DNA of 64,000 bases from Euglena gracilis (Eukaryota), in contig CP154954.1 of NCBI GenBank assembly GCA_039621445.1, forward strand, positions 17,762,589 to 17,826,588. Direction: 5' to 3'. Under the pieces are notes generated by a model. That model was not told where the DNA came from. It did not search any database and saw nothing but the letters and a program-made list of their open reading frames with translations. Below, piece by piece: positions 23,400-34,332 of this stretch (its first letter is position 1; each line of letters starts with the position of its first letter). The translations under genes and the position numbers were made by a program.

Positions 23400-24560
23400 G
23401 TTGTGGTTGATGCTGGTAATCGCTTGGTGGTTGGTGTTGTTGGTGGGGATGCGGCGATGTAGAAGTCGGTTCCGGTGGAGGTTGTTGTTGAGGTAGTTGC
23501 TGAGACGAAGTTGAAGGTTCTTGTGGGAGAGGTAGCGGGGTGTTTCCTTGTGATGATGATGGTGGTTCGAGTGGCGGCTGTAGCGATTGTGGATGTTGCG
23601 GAGGAGATAACGGTTCCTGTGGGCGATGAAGTTGGTGTGGGTGTCGCTGAGATGACGGAGACGGTTCTCGTGGTGGCAGCCGCGAAGGTGGGTGTCGCGA
23701 AGAAGATGAAGGTTCTGGTGGACGATAATGTTGGGGTGGATGTCGCTGCAAAGATGAAGACAGTTCTCGTGGCAGTGGCTGCGATGGCGGATGTCGTGAT
23801 GTGGATGAAGGTTCTCGTGGGAGTTGTGGTTGGTGTGGGTGTGGCTTAGATGATGTAGTCGGTTCTCGTGGCGGCAGCGGCGATGGTGGATGCTGTGGAT
23901 AAGATGAAGGTTCTGGTGGATGTTGACGTCGGAGTAGATGTCGCTCTGATGATGATGCGGGTTTGTGGGGTAGCTGCTGTCGAGGTAGTTGTTGCGGTGA
24001 AGATGAAGGTTCTGGTGGGAGTGGTCGTTGGGGAGGATGCAGCTTGGATGATGGTGTCGGTTCTAGTGGCGGCGGCTGCAGTCGGTGTCGGGGTTCGGAT
24101 GTCCGTTCTGGTGGGAGATGTCGTTGGAGGAGATGTTGGGGTGGGGATGACGGTTCTTGTGGATGATGCCGCTCGTGGGGTGGCTGCTGCGGGTTACATG
24201 TCCGTTCTGGTGGGGGATGTCGATGGTGGAGATGCTGGGGTGGAGATGACGGTGCTTGTGGCTGATGATGCTCGTGGGGTGGCTGCAGCGGGTTAGAGGA
24301 GCGTTTTGGTGGGAGCTGTTGATGGTGGGGATGTTTGGGTGGAGATGACGGTTCTTGTGGCGGATGATGCTCGTGGGGTGGCTGCCGGGTTTCTGGTCGC
24401 TTGTTGTCGGGCTGTTGCATGGCTGTCAGGCTTCTTGGGTGCTCTTCTTGTGGTGGATGCCGGTCGGTGTCACGCAGTGGATGTTGCTTTCTTTGGGGTA
24501 GGTGTTGCTTTTCTTGTTGTGGATGCCGGTTGGTGTCGCGGGGAGGGTGTTGTGTGGTAT
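23400..24560. repeat. Degenerate ~57-bp minisatellite encoding a P/Q/S/H-rich linker upstream of the MTase
   Basis: Recurring GATGA(A/C)GGTTCT(C/G/T)GTGG units, translating as (P/R)EPSSS.QHP repeats. Confidence 0.8.
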
Positions 24561-24929
24561 ATGTTGACCCTTGAGGTGGTTGTCGCGATGAGGTTGTTGT
24601 TTCCTGCTTACTTCCTTTTCCCTTGGAGTGGTTGTTGTTCTTTGTCGTTGATCTTTGCCATTTCCTTGGCATAGATCTCTCCCTTTTTCTTCCTTCCTTC
24701 CCTTTGTGCCTTGATCCCTTTCGGGTTGTGTCATCGGAGGTGATTGTCTTGGCTTGCGGTTTCTTTTCTTTTTCTCCACCACCTGCCATCCTTCCTCCTC
24801 TCAATGCCTGGACAGGGTGGTGGAGCACACCTGCACGGTTCTCACCTCGTGCACTTCCTCTTGCCCGTCTCCGGCTCGGGGTTTTGACTGCCTGCCCAGG
24901 CCTCCTCCCCTGGGGCCTGGGCGGCCCCT

Positions 24930-27900
24930 TCACTCCTCACACTCCTCCACTGCGGCGACACTCCTCCCTCGGCCGCCGTCCTTTTCACCTTTGCCTTTTC
25001 CATCTCCCTTTCCTCTGCTCTTGCCTTTCTCATCGCCTTTGCGTTTGCCACCCTTGTCTTGTCCACCACCTTTGCCATCTCCTCCCTTTGACCATTGTGG
25101 GTTGCCTTTTCCTTTGCCTTTGGCATCCCATGAGTTGTTCCACGACGCTCCGCCTTGGTACGGGGCATTCTGCCACTGTCCCGATGATGACCACTCTGGT
25201 TGTCGATCTCCTCCCTTCACCGCCGGTGGCGGTGAAGGTGCACTTTGGGTGGGCTGTGGTCCGGGTTGCACCGTGCTTGTCGGTTGCTCCTCCTTCTTCT
25301 CAGACACCTTTGGAGGTGTCGGGGGCCTCTTATCTTGCCGTTTGTTTCCCTTGCCCACTTGCCGGACAACTTCTTCCTCTTCTTCTTCTGCACCATCCCA
25401 CTCTGCATCCACTTCCCGGTGCCACCGCGGCTGTGGCCGATGGTCTTGCCTTTGGGGGCCGGAGCTTTGCTGCGGCTCGGGCGCGTTGGCGATCCGCTCC
25501 TCCGTTCGGAGCCAACGAGTCATCAGCTCGTTGATTTCTTTCGGCCCCAACTCCGCATTGTCCGGGGAGACCTTGACAACGCTCCCGCCTTGGAGCCGCT
25601 GCCGGTCATAGAGGATTTTGATGGCATGCCGATGCTCTTCCCCTTGCGGCGTCACCTTCACTCGCTTTCCGAACCGTCGCACGGCAAGTGGTCTCAGCCC
25701 GGTCTCCGCCAGCACCATGTTCTCCACCTCCTCTGTGGCCACATCGATTGGCAGCCCATCGAGCACCAAGGTGCCCCTCTCTGTCCTTTTGTCCTCCTCC
25801 GTCGCCAGCTTTCTTCGCCACGGATCCCTTGGGATCGCATTCATCAACAGGCGACTCAGTTCTGCATCACTGACATCGCCAAGTTGCCCAGCCAGGGTCA
25901 TCATCTGTGCGTAGAGCTCACGCCACGACTTCTCCGTTGGCTTGCCCGCGTGCGCCATCTTCAGCCGGTGGAGCTTGCGGCGGAGGACCTCCTTGTCTTC
26001 CGCACCGAACTCCAGGTCGAGGCGCGCCCAGTACTCCTCGTACCCGAGGTCCGGATTGGCTTCCAGCTCCTGGACCACCAGGAGAGCCCCGGCCTCGTCG
26101 AGTGCACTTCGCAGCAACGCCAATCGCTGTGCGTCGGTCATTGCTGGCATCAGCCCTTCCGTTTCTCGTAGATACGGAATCCACTTTCTTCTCCACATTG
26201 GCCAATCTTCTGCGATCCCGCTGAACCTTCCGGGATGTCTGCCGCTGATGGACTCCAGGAGTTGTGGGGGTAGGAGTTGGAGTTGTGGACTGACGGTGTG
26301 TGCTTGCACTGGGGCGATGGTCACTTCCACCCCCCGCACCGCCGTTCTGGTTGTGCTCCTGGGTGGCTGTGTCACTTGCGTCATTGGCATCACTGCTTGT
26401 ACTGGGATTGATGTAACTGCTTCACTTTGCACCATTGATCGCGTGCTCTTTCTTGCCAACCTGAACGCCGGTCGCACCGCAACCGAAGATTGTTGTCGTG
26501 CTTGTATTTCTGGGTACGGTTGGGACGGAAATGTGTGGACCTCTGCACGTTGACGGACTTCTTCACGGGGGATGTGTGGTTCCTGGATGGGCGTTGTTGT
26601 GCTGAGCTGTAGCCGTGCGACTTGTCTCGCCAGATCTTGCACTTCTCGCTCCATCTGTTCACTGCTGCTCATATTGGGGCGTGATTGTTGCCGGATTAGC
26701 TGAATGTCCCTCTGTATTTCCCTGAGCTGTGTCTTTGTCTCCTTGATGGCCTTGGAGAACGCTCCCTCCCAATGGAGCACTCTCTCCCGCAATTGTTGGA
26801 TGCCGTCCTCCATCTCTTCCGCTGATTGCAGTGGTTGTTGTGGGAGTTGAAGTCGTTTGATCTCCTCGTGCATCTTGTTCTCCACCCGCTCCATGGCCCT
26901 TGCCAGTGCTTCGTTCGCCATCTCGACCTTCTTGCTCAGCCGGAGAAGGTCTCTGTCCTTCTCATCTTTGGCTCGGGCCATGGAGGTCTCCAGGGCTTGT
27001 ACCCTGCCCCCAAGGAGATGGAAGTCGTGCACCTGGATCTCGAGCTTCCGGACGTACTCCGTCGTCTCGCGCTTGAACTGCTTGTTGTTCTGCTCGAGGG
27101 CCTGCACCTTGAAGATCAGATCCTGGATGAGAGTGTCGGATGTGGTCGGTTGTTGGAGTTGCGTTGTCTGTTGTTTTTGCTTCATCTCCTGGATCTCCTT
27201 TGCCATCACCGCCACCTGAGTCTGTTGTGCTTGTTTCATTGCCTCCACCTCCTTCTTGATCGCCGTCACTTCCTCCACCATTGCCCGTTTCAGTCGGTTT
27301 TTCGATTGTTCGATTTCTTGGATCCGCACCGTCATTCTGTTCATTGCCACCTCCATCTCCGGGTTCTGGATCGGTTGTTGTGGTTTTGGTGATCCTTTTG
27401 CTGCTTGCTGCTCGTGTTCGCGCCGCATCATTTCCACTAGGGACCGGATGTCGCTGTTTCGCGTCACTGTTTCCATCTTGATCTGCTCCTTCACCATTTG
27501 GACCTCGCTTTCAACGACGGTGATTCGCGCATCGTGTTTGCTGATTGCGTGTATTGTCGCGGTGTCGATGGCTGCACCATTGGAGGATGATGATGATGCC
27601 GCCTCGGTCTTGATCTGCTCCTTCAACCCTTGGACATCTCGTTCCACCATCGCGAAGCGAACCTCGTGCTGTGTGATCGCAGTTTGCGCAGCACTCGCGG
27701 CTTCGTGCAGCGTTGTGGTCTCCGCCGCGCATCGCATTGAAACGTCATACGCACGTGTTGCTTGCTCGCGGACGAGATTGACTGCGGTGTCGCACGCGGT
27801 GATCAGTCGTTTGACTACCTCGATGTCTTGTTGTTGTTGCGCCGCCATCGCTTCGATGTCGTTGAACACGTCGTCCTGCTTGTAGTCACCCTCGGTAGGC

Positions 27901-28250
27901 CACCATCCTCCTTCAGACCCCCAAGGTTCCCACCGTTGTTCCTCCCACTGCTCCTGCTCCTCTGTCTCCTCTGCTCCCCCTTCCTCTGGGGAGAGTGTCG
28001 GGACCTTCTGGGGCCGGGGAGTGGCCCCAGAGGAAAACGGGGTCCGCAGCCCCATGTCTCGGCTCCCTTGGGGGGGCTGCGGTCCATCGGTTGGGTCCGG
28101 GACGTCGGATGTCGGGGAGGAGTAGGATGGGGGATGAGGGCTGAAGGATGGGGGATGTGTGGTGTATGAGAAGGAGGGTGGGGGACGGATGGAGAAGATG
28201 GAGGGATGGTTTGGGTCGGAGTCGGTGGGGGAGAAGGGTGGAGGCAGCAC
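24930..28250 (-). CDS. Gag of element B (coiled coil, capsid-like region, RRM-like domain, KG-rich tail; no CCHC knuckle)
   Basis: 1106-aa intact ORF after the PBS. PGRFSG..EDWPMWRRKW is a capsid-type motif; long heptad-rich region; GKGKG C-terminus. Confidence 0.82.
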   Translation of the reverse strand: MLPPPFSPTDSDPNHPSIFSIRPPPSFSYTTHPPSFSPHPPSYSSPTSDVPDPTDGPQPPQGSRDMGLRTPFSSGATPRPQKVPTLSPEEGGAEETEEQEQWEEQRWEPWGSEGGWWPTEGDYKQDDVFNDIEAMAAQQQQDIEVVKRLITACDTAVNLVREQATRAYDVSMRCAAETTTLHEAASAAQTAITQHEVRFAMVERDVQGLKEQIKTEAASSSSSNGAAIDTATIHAISKHDARITVVESEVQMVKEQIKMETVTRNSDIRSLVEMMRREHEQQAAKGSPKPQQPIQNPEMEVAMNRMTVRIQEIEQSKNRLKRAMVEEVTAIKKEVEAMKQAQQTQVAVMAKEIQEMKQKQQTTQLQQPTTSDTLIQDLIFKVQALEQNNKQFKRETTEYVRKLEIQVHDFHLLGGRVQALETSMARAKDEKDRDLLRLSKKVEMANEALARAMERVENKMHEEIKRLQLPQQPLQSAEEMEDGIQQLRERVLHWEGAFSKAIKETKTQLREIQRDIQLIRQQSRPNMSSSEQMEREVQDLARQVARLQLSTTTPIQEPHIPREEVRQRAEVHTFPSQPYPEIQARQQSSVAVRPAFRLARKSTRSMVQSEAVTSIPVQAVMPMTQVTQPPRSTTRTAVRGVEVTIAPVQAHTVSPQLQLLPPQLLESISGRHPGRFSGIAEDWPMWRRKWIPYLRETEGLMPAMTDAQRLALLRSALDEAGALLVVQELEANPDLGYEEYWARLDLEFGAEDKEVLRRKLHRLKMAHAGKPTEKSWRELYAQMMTLAGQLGDVSDAELSRLLMNAIPRDPWRRKLATEEDKRTERGTLVLDGLPIDVATEEVENMVLAETGLRPLAVRRFGKRVKVTPQGEEHRHAIKILYDRQRLQGGSVVKVSPDNAELGPKEINELMTRWLRTEERIANAPEPQQSSGPQRQDHRPQPRWHREVDAEWDGAEEEEEEVVRQVGKGNKRQDKRPPTPPKVSEKKEEQPTSTVQPGPQPTQSAPSPPPAVKGGDRQPEWSSSGQWQNAPYQGGASWNNSWDAKGKGKGNPQWSKGGDGKGGGQDKGGKRKGDEKGKSRGKGDGKGKGEKDGGRGRSVAAVEECEE

Positions 28251-28560
28251 TGATGGGGCTTCATAGAGCGATGGGAACGGGGGGAAAAGGGGATTTCCGG
28301 TTGACTTTCCTTTCCGTGGGGTGGGGGTTCGATCCCGAGGGCTATCGAGATCAAAATCATTTGTACTTGGGGACAGCAGGGCTAGGGCTGTGCATTGGGC
28401 ATCCCCGTGGGGCTACCACGGAGATGTGATGGGGGGCCCCCGTAGGGGATTGCGGGCATCGCTGGGGTGGGGTCGCGGAGTGCTGGACCTCGGCCGGTGA
28501 TGTGAAAGTTCACCTCAGAGTGGGCCGCGAGGAATGGGTTGTTGTGTGGGGTAGGGTCGT

Positions 28561-28575
28561 AAGCCTCTGCTACCA
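28561..28575 (-). promoter_or_regulatory. Primer binding site (initiator tRNA-Met type) of element B
   Basis: TGGTAGCAGAGG directly after the 5' LTR; an identical copy is at 50121-50135. Confidence 0.85.
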
Positions 28576-29214
28576 GTTTCCCAGGGGGGGTCCCGGTCTC
28601 GCTGGGGTTCCGGCAGGGTGGGTCCCGGGTCACGGATCCGGCGAGGGGGGGTGCGCGGGTGGGATCAGCTCCCACGGAGGCCCTGGGAAGCTCCGTGGGT
28701 GCTTGGAATGGGTTGGGATCCATTTTTTAGTATTCCCGGCGGCGGAGTGGAGGGGGGTGCCTCCTGCGATGCCTCTGGGGGTCTGCGGAGCCGCTTAGGT
28801 GGGCCCTCGCATGGGGGGAAATTGAGGGGGGACAGAGGGGGGGCGGAAAAGCCTGGGTGCTAGGGGTTTTCAGGGGGTGCTTCCCACCCTTATAGCCACT
28901 TAGCCCAGCCAAATCCAGAAAGTACCTTTGAAATTGCCTTGGGGCGCTCCTGGTAGGCCAATTCCTTGAGGTTTTCTTTGATCTCCTTGAAGGTATTTTC
29001 TCCTTTGGCAGTTTCCTTTGGTTTCTTTGAATTCTTTGATTTTGACTAAATTGAACAATTGAACTTGAACAATTGAATTCCAATGCACAAATCAGATTGA
29101 ATCCATTGAAACAAGGGAGCCTGCGGAAGGCAAATGCAGAAAGGGGGTGGTCAGGTAGTAGCGGAGGGTTCCGATACTTTGTGTGCGCATGCGCTCAGGC
29201 CGCCGCCGCCCACA
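28575..29214 (-). repeat. 5' LTR of element B
   Basis: Direct repeat of 15612-16251; begins TGTGGGCGG on the sense strand. Confidence 0.93.
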
Positions 29215-32200
29215 CATGTCAGTAGGCAATCGCCACAAACCAATGATGCGCAATTGTGCACATAAGCATCATGTTGGAAGCTTATGCTGTCCGGGTTGCG
29301 TGTGCAGATATGCACTGCGGGCATATCGTTTCGTAGTCTATGGCATGCTGTACATAACCACAATAGTGGACCATTTTCCTGGAAATCCAGGACGAAATTT
29401 CCTCCAAAATATTGGGCTAATACCCTTGGAGATTTCGCATTCCAAAAACGCCAAGTGTGGCTGGTTGTGAAAATACCGGGTTGATCCCGGTGGAACAAGG
29501 GCTTGATCCACTTGTTCAGCCAGGGGTCACTGCTTTTTTGCGATCATATTGATCCTAGCCTGGCGAGTGTTGAGGAGGTCCACTCTGGACAACACGTCCT
29601 CAGTCCAAAATGGCTCATCGGCCTCGTGAGGGACATTAGACCGAATCGGTCTGATTGTGGGTTTGCGCTTAGCGCCTTCAGAGGTTGCAGCCACATAGCT
29701 GGCCATGGGTATAGTAGGCCTATGGCCAGTGCCAGAGCCGTCTCCACCAGAAGGTGGCGGCTCATCATCCCGTCGCTGTTCAGCGGGCTTGCAGCCTTCG
29801 GCTGAAGGTTTAGCCTTAGGCTTCTTATGTTTGCCATATCGGCGTTCTTCCCGAGGGTCTGCCGGAGGCAGTGGTCTTTCCGCCGTTGGCGGTTTCGGGG
29901 CTGCCGGTTTGGCAGGAGGTGCCGATAATTTGGCAGGAGGTGGTTGCATATCTGCTGTTGGCGGTGTTGGTGCAGCTGGTTTGGCTGCTGGGATATCTAA
30001 CTCCATTGGAGTTGTGATCGCAGCCTGTACGGCTGTTGTGCAGCTATTTGCAGCCGTAACCCTTTGGGTTTCGGCAGGGGAAGCGGCTGGTGAGCCTCGA
30101 GGGGTCAGTACTGCTGATACTGCGGACATTGCCGCGGTCAGACCCTATAGCACACCACCTAAAACACCTGTAGGTATTGTTGGTGATGCGACAGGTTCTG
30201 TCGGGGTTGGTGCCGTTGGCACTGCGGGTAAGGCTAGGGGTGGTACCGGAGGTACCGGTGGCCGTTCGGCATCGAATGTAGGAGATTCAGTCTCTGAGCT
30301 GACATCACCTTCAGGTGGAAGGGGTGTCCTAGAGCCCATTGGGACTGGTGGAAGGGCTGATTTCTGCGTTTCATCAGCACATATGTCTTCCAGCCGTTCC
30401 ATGCGGTCTTCACCGCCCTCACCATCATTCTCCCTACTGTCCTCCACCGTTTCTGGTGAAGCGGCAGTGGCTGCTGGTTGTTCCGCTATAGCGGTAAGCA
30501 CAGGTGTTGGTTGCGCAATCGCGCTGGTGATGGGAGTCGCTATTGCGGGCTGGGGGGAAGAGATAGCCACAGAAGATTGACTCTCCTGGAATCCCTTAGG
30601 GATAAATGGTTCCGCAGTAGCCGACAGGCTTGAACCGATATAGTGCCTACCACGCCCGAAAACGGGTGGAGGTGTTTCACCAGGAATTCCCGGGGGAACG
30701 GGTGTTGCCGATTGCGGCTGAGCTGTGACTGATGTTGCCAGTTGCGGCTGGGTTGAGGATTCCGATTGCGGAACTTCCGCAGCCGGTTGCGGCTGTGGCC
30801 GTGGCACATGTCTTTTCCGTAATCGGAAAAGATCCCATGGTTTCCTTTCGTCTTCAACCATTCTGTGGTTGAAGCGCAGGAGGGGTGGGGCCATGCCCAG
30901 CTCGTTCCGTCTGCCGCCTTGGAAAAACGGCTGGAACAGCGCCTTATCGAGCGTATCGCCGAATCGGCGTTTGACATAATCGTCCATGCTTTCCTTCTCG
31001 AACCGGGGCCAGATGGGGACATACATAGTCCGGGGGAATTTCCCTATCGGGATTGAGATAATAATATATCTCCATGATCTGGCAGGCCCACGCCCTGAAC
31101 CAGAATTGCTGCAAATACAGCAGGAGTTGACGGTGGTTGTGTCGCCCGTTCGAGCTTTGGTGAACATCCTTTGGATTTCTGCAACGGTGCAGCAGCATGA
31201 CGCGCTTTGGCGCTGCCTGCGGGACATTGGCCTGTTGGCCTTCCTCGTCCTGGCCTTCGGCCTGTGGTTGAGTACTGCGTACTCCGAATCCCCAGAAGTC
31301 CACTGCAAATTTTTCGTGACAGTGGGAACATCTGACGATGTACGTCTGGGGGAAGCGTAGGTCAATATCGACCACTTCGAAGTGATAGGCATATTTCCAG
31401 TGGTAGAAGACTTGCAGATTGCTGCAGAACATGTTTTCTGCCAATTTGGCAATATTGTCAGGCAGTGGGTAGATCTCCCACTCCAGGCCTTTTGGGCCCA
31501 CACTGCGAATGCAGTCGAATAACTGCCGTAGCAGATCTTTACCTGTATTGTATCGGTCTTCCCGACCACAACCCAGGTAAGGATATCCACAGGAGTTCAA
31601 GAATCTGCCGAAACTTTGGGTGGGGTATCCCGCCCAGAACCAAACATGCCAGAATCCCGGCAGATCGTCCAGTATCGGACCGAGGATGACGTTGCCCTCA
31701 TAGGCATACAGAGTTCCATCATGGTGGAACTCACGGTTACGCTCCAGATAGAGCTGTCGGGTCACGGTCACAACGGGAGATGCGACCTAGATTGGGAGAG
31801 AAAGTTCGTTTTGGAACTTTCGCATGGCCTCGAATGCGAGTTCATGGTTGCTTTTGATGTGCTCGAATAGAGCTTCCATGTCGGCCTCATAGACGTTCCG
31901 ATATTGGCCTTTCTGGCCTTTAGCTGGGGGTCGTTTGGGAGCACTTTCGGCTTTACCCCTGCCCGATCGGGCTTCCCTTCGGGCAATCTCTTCTCTGGCT
32001 TGTTTCCAAGCATGAGGATTGAGATTGGCTGCAAAACGAGGGCCTATAAAGATCGGATTTATATCGCTTGTGCGGCCAATCAATTCCTGTGGGGCATAAG
32101 CCATTTTGGCGGCTGGGTAAGCTGCAGGTTGATCCTGCATGTCCGCCAATAGCGGTGGGTTATTGTCAGGGAGGGGTTCGCCTCTAGGCGGATCGATGTA

Positions 32201-34210
32201 GGTGGGGTTACGTACACGTTCGAGGGTATCCTCGAAAAATTTATTCACGCGTGCACGCTCTGCAGCTTCGTGCTCGACTTCTGCCCTTTCTGCTCTTTGC
32301 GCCAGTTCGGCTTGTTCGAGCTGTTGTCGGGTGGGTTCAGGAACAGGCAGTACCTCGGTGGTGGCTTGTTGGCCTGGAGATACCGGTGTTTCCTGGGGTG
32401 GTGTCGCCTTTGGCGCGATGACAGGCTGTGGCGTCGTTGGCGCTGCTACAGGCTGTGACGCCGTTGGCGCTGCTGTGGCTGCTGGTTCTGCTGACTTTGC
32501 TGGCACCGGTCTGGAGGGTTGCGACACTGGCGCTGGCCTGGCCGGCGCAGCTAACGGTACAGGCACTGGAGGGGGTGCGGCCTGTTGGCCTCCCGATGCC
32601 CGACGTTGCTGTGCAGGGGTAGCCTGTCTGGCTGGGGCTGAGGCAGGGGCTGGGGGTTTCGGTCTCCCCATTGGGGATGAAGATTCTGGCCTGCCCCGTT
32701 CACTACCTAGGTCTGCTGGCCTGTACAGCTGTGACGCATATCTGCGTTCTGCAGACCGTGGGCCCTGGAGCTGCTCCAGGGACTGGTAGTACTGGATGGC
32801 CTGCTGAGGTGATGTGAAGCGAGGTGCCGGGAGAGGTTCATGTACCGTTGGTACATCCTCTTCCACAGCCATACGGCCTTCGGCCTCGGCTTGCTCCACA
32901 TCCTCAACCCAGGATCCAGGTACCTGAGCCACCGACATATCCCGTTGTACGGGTAACTGACTTCCAGCTTCCAGATGGGCTGGATAAGGAAATGGTGGTA
33001 GTGCCGTTGACGGTTGCGTCGTTGGCTGATACGCATATTGCGTTGGGATTTCCCGATATTCGGGTGGTGGTGGTCTCGGCATACGAGTTGGGGACGGGAT
33101 ATCGCGAAAAATTCGCGATGGCTGCACCATTGGTGCTGGGATATCTCCCGTCTCGCTCTCCTCCACTGGGGGGCTATGCTCCCGCATGTATTCGGTGAAT
33201 GCACCTGAGTGATGGCGTATCCGCGGGATAGGCGGTACTGGAATACCCAGTGTACGCATGCTGACCTGAGGGGGATATTCCCCGGGCATGAAGCACACTT
33301 TTCCTGTCATCAAAGTCTGGCCACATGCGCACCATTGTGCAATAGGCCTACTGGCCAGGCCTAGAATTTGACGACAGTGGGTATCCCACAGCACCTGTAG
33401 AGATGGGTCTACTCTCTCTAGGTTGCTCGCCCGCAAGGCCGTTCACAGAGTCTTCTCTGCGAGATTCACCAATTCTGCGGTGAAGGCGTGGTATGGCACC
33501 GTTGGTGCCACCTGTGGCGTCTCATGCGCCACAGGGATCGCATAAGCGGATATACTATTGCTGCTGGCTGCGGTTTGAGCAGCGGGTTCCCGGACGGGAT
33601 TAGCAGCAGGTTGGGGCATCGCCTGTACGGCGTGTACTTGATGCGGGGTACCCTGTACGGGTTGAGATTGGGGTTGGGATTGGGGTTGCTGAGATGTAAC
33701 ATACTGTGGGGTATACAGGATGGGAGGTGAGGGGCCATGCATGGCGTAATGCGCCAGCTCCACTGGAGGTGCCTGTCCCTGCCTCGCATGCTGTTGTTGC
33801 TCCATTGGAACTTGGTGTACCTGCTGGGGTTGTGACTGTTCCATTGGAACCTGATATGCCTGTTGAGGCTGTGCCGCATATGCAGCACCCATTTGCACAG
33901 GGTCCGCATAAGCGACAGGTGGCGTTTGCGCCTGAGATGGGGGCGGCATTTGTGCCTGAGAGGGGGGCGGCATTTGTGCCTGAGAGGGGGATGACATATG
34001 TGACTGAGAGGGGTATGGCATTTGTGCCTGAACCATTTGAGGGGGGGTGGCACTTGTGCCTGAGCCGCATAAGCGGCTGGAGGGGGTTGATATACCGCAT
34101 ATGCGGGCTCCCCTTAGGCTGGGGGTGCCGCCGCATAGGCGTGTGGGGGGGTAGAGAGGGATGGCATACTGTATAGGGGGCGGTCCTGGGCCGCGCCCTG
34201 GGTCTTGCAT
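29215..34210 (-). pseudogene. N-terminal/central part of a very long accessory ORF downstream of pol in element A
   Basis: ORFs 33443..34336, 31787..33436 and 30944..31771 are in one frame separated by single stops, as are 30145..31590 and 29527..30129. P/Q/A-rich tracts alternate with Cys/His clusters. Confidence 0.7.
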
Positions 34211-34332
34211 TGGTCCGGGGACCGAAAGCAAAAAAAAAAGTAGCTTTGATGAGCTGTAGAAAAAGAAGAGATAAATGAATTGGTGGATGGTCAAAAACAC
34301 AGAGAGGGGAGGAAAAGGCCTATAGGCCGATT

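Larger units (their letters stand above)
17957..24929 (-). pseudogene. Pol of element B: repeat linker, C5-MTase, aspartic protease, RT, RNase H, integrase, chromodomain (several frameshifts/stops)
   Basis: Protease LIDTGA. RT: WRLVCDY, VDLRDAFHQ, VPQG, YFDD. RNase H: TDASDYAVG, KETYAIV, TDHKSL. Integrase: HAQTGH..CSYC, IDLF, SDRG, NGRAE. Chromodomain: WNVEKVVTHR..FKVQWEG..LTWEP. Confidence 0.92.
15612..29214 (-). mobile_element. Ty3/Gypsy chromodomain LTR retrotransposon 'B' carrying a C5-cytosine DNA methyltransferase, nested in A
   Basis: ~640-bp LTR pair, TSD CATG (15608-15611 / 29215-29218), PBS TGGTAGCAGAGG, PPT GGAAGGGGAG, and gag-DNMT-PR-RT-RH-IN-chromo order. Confidence 0.94.
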
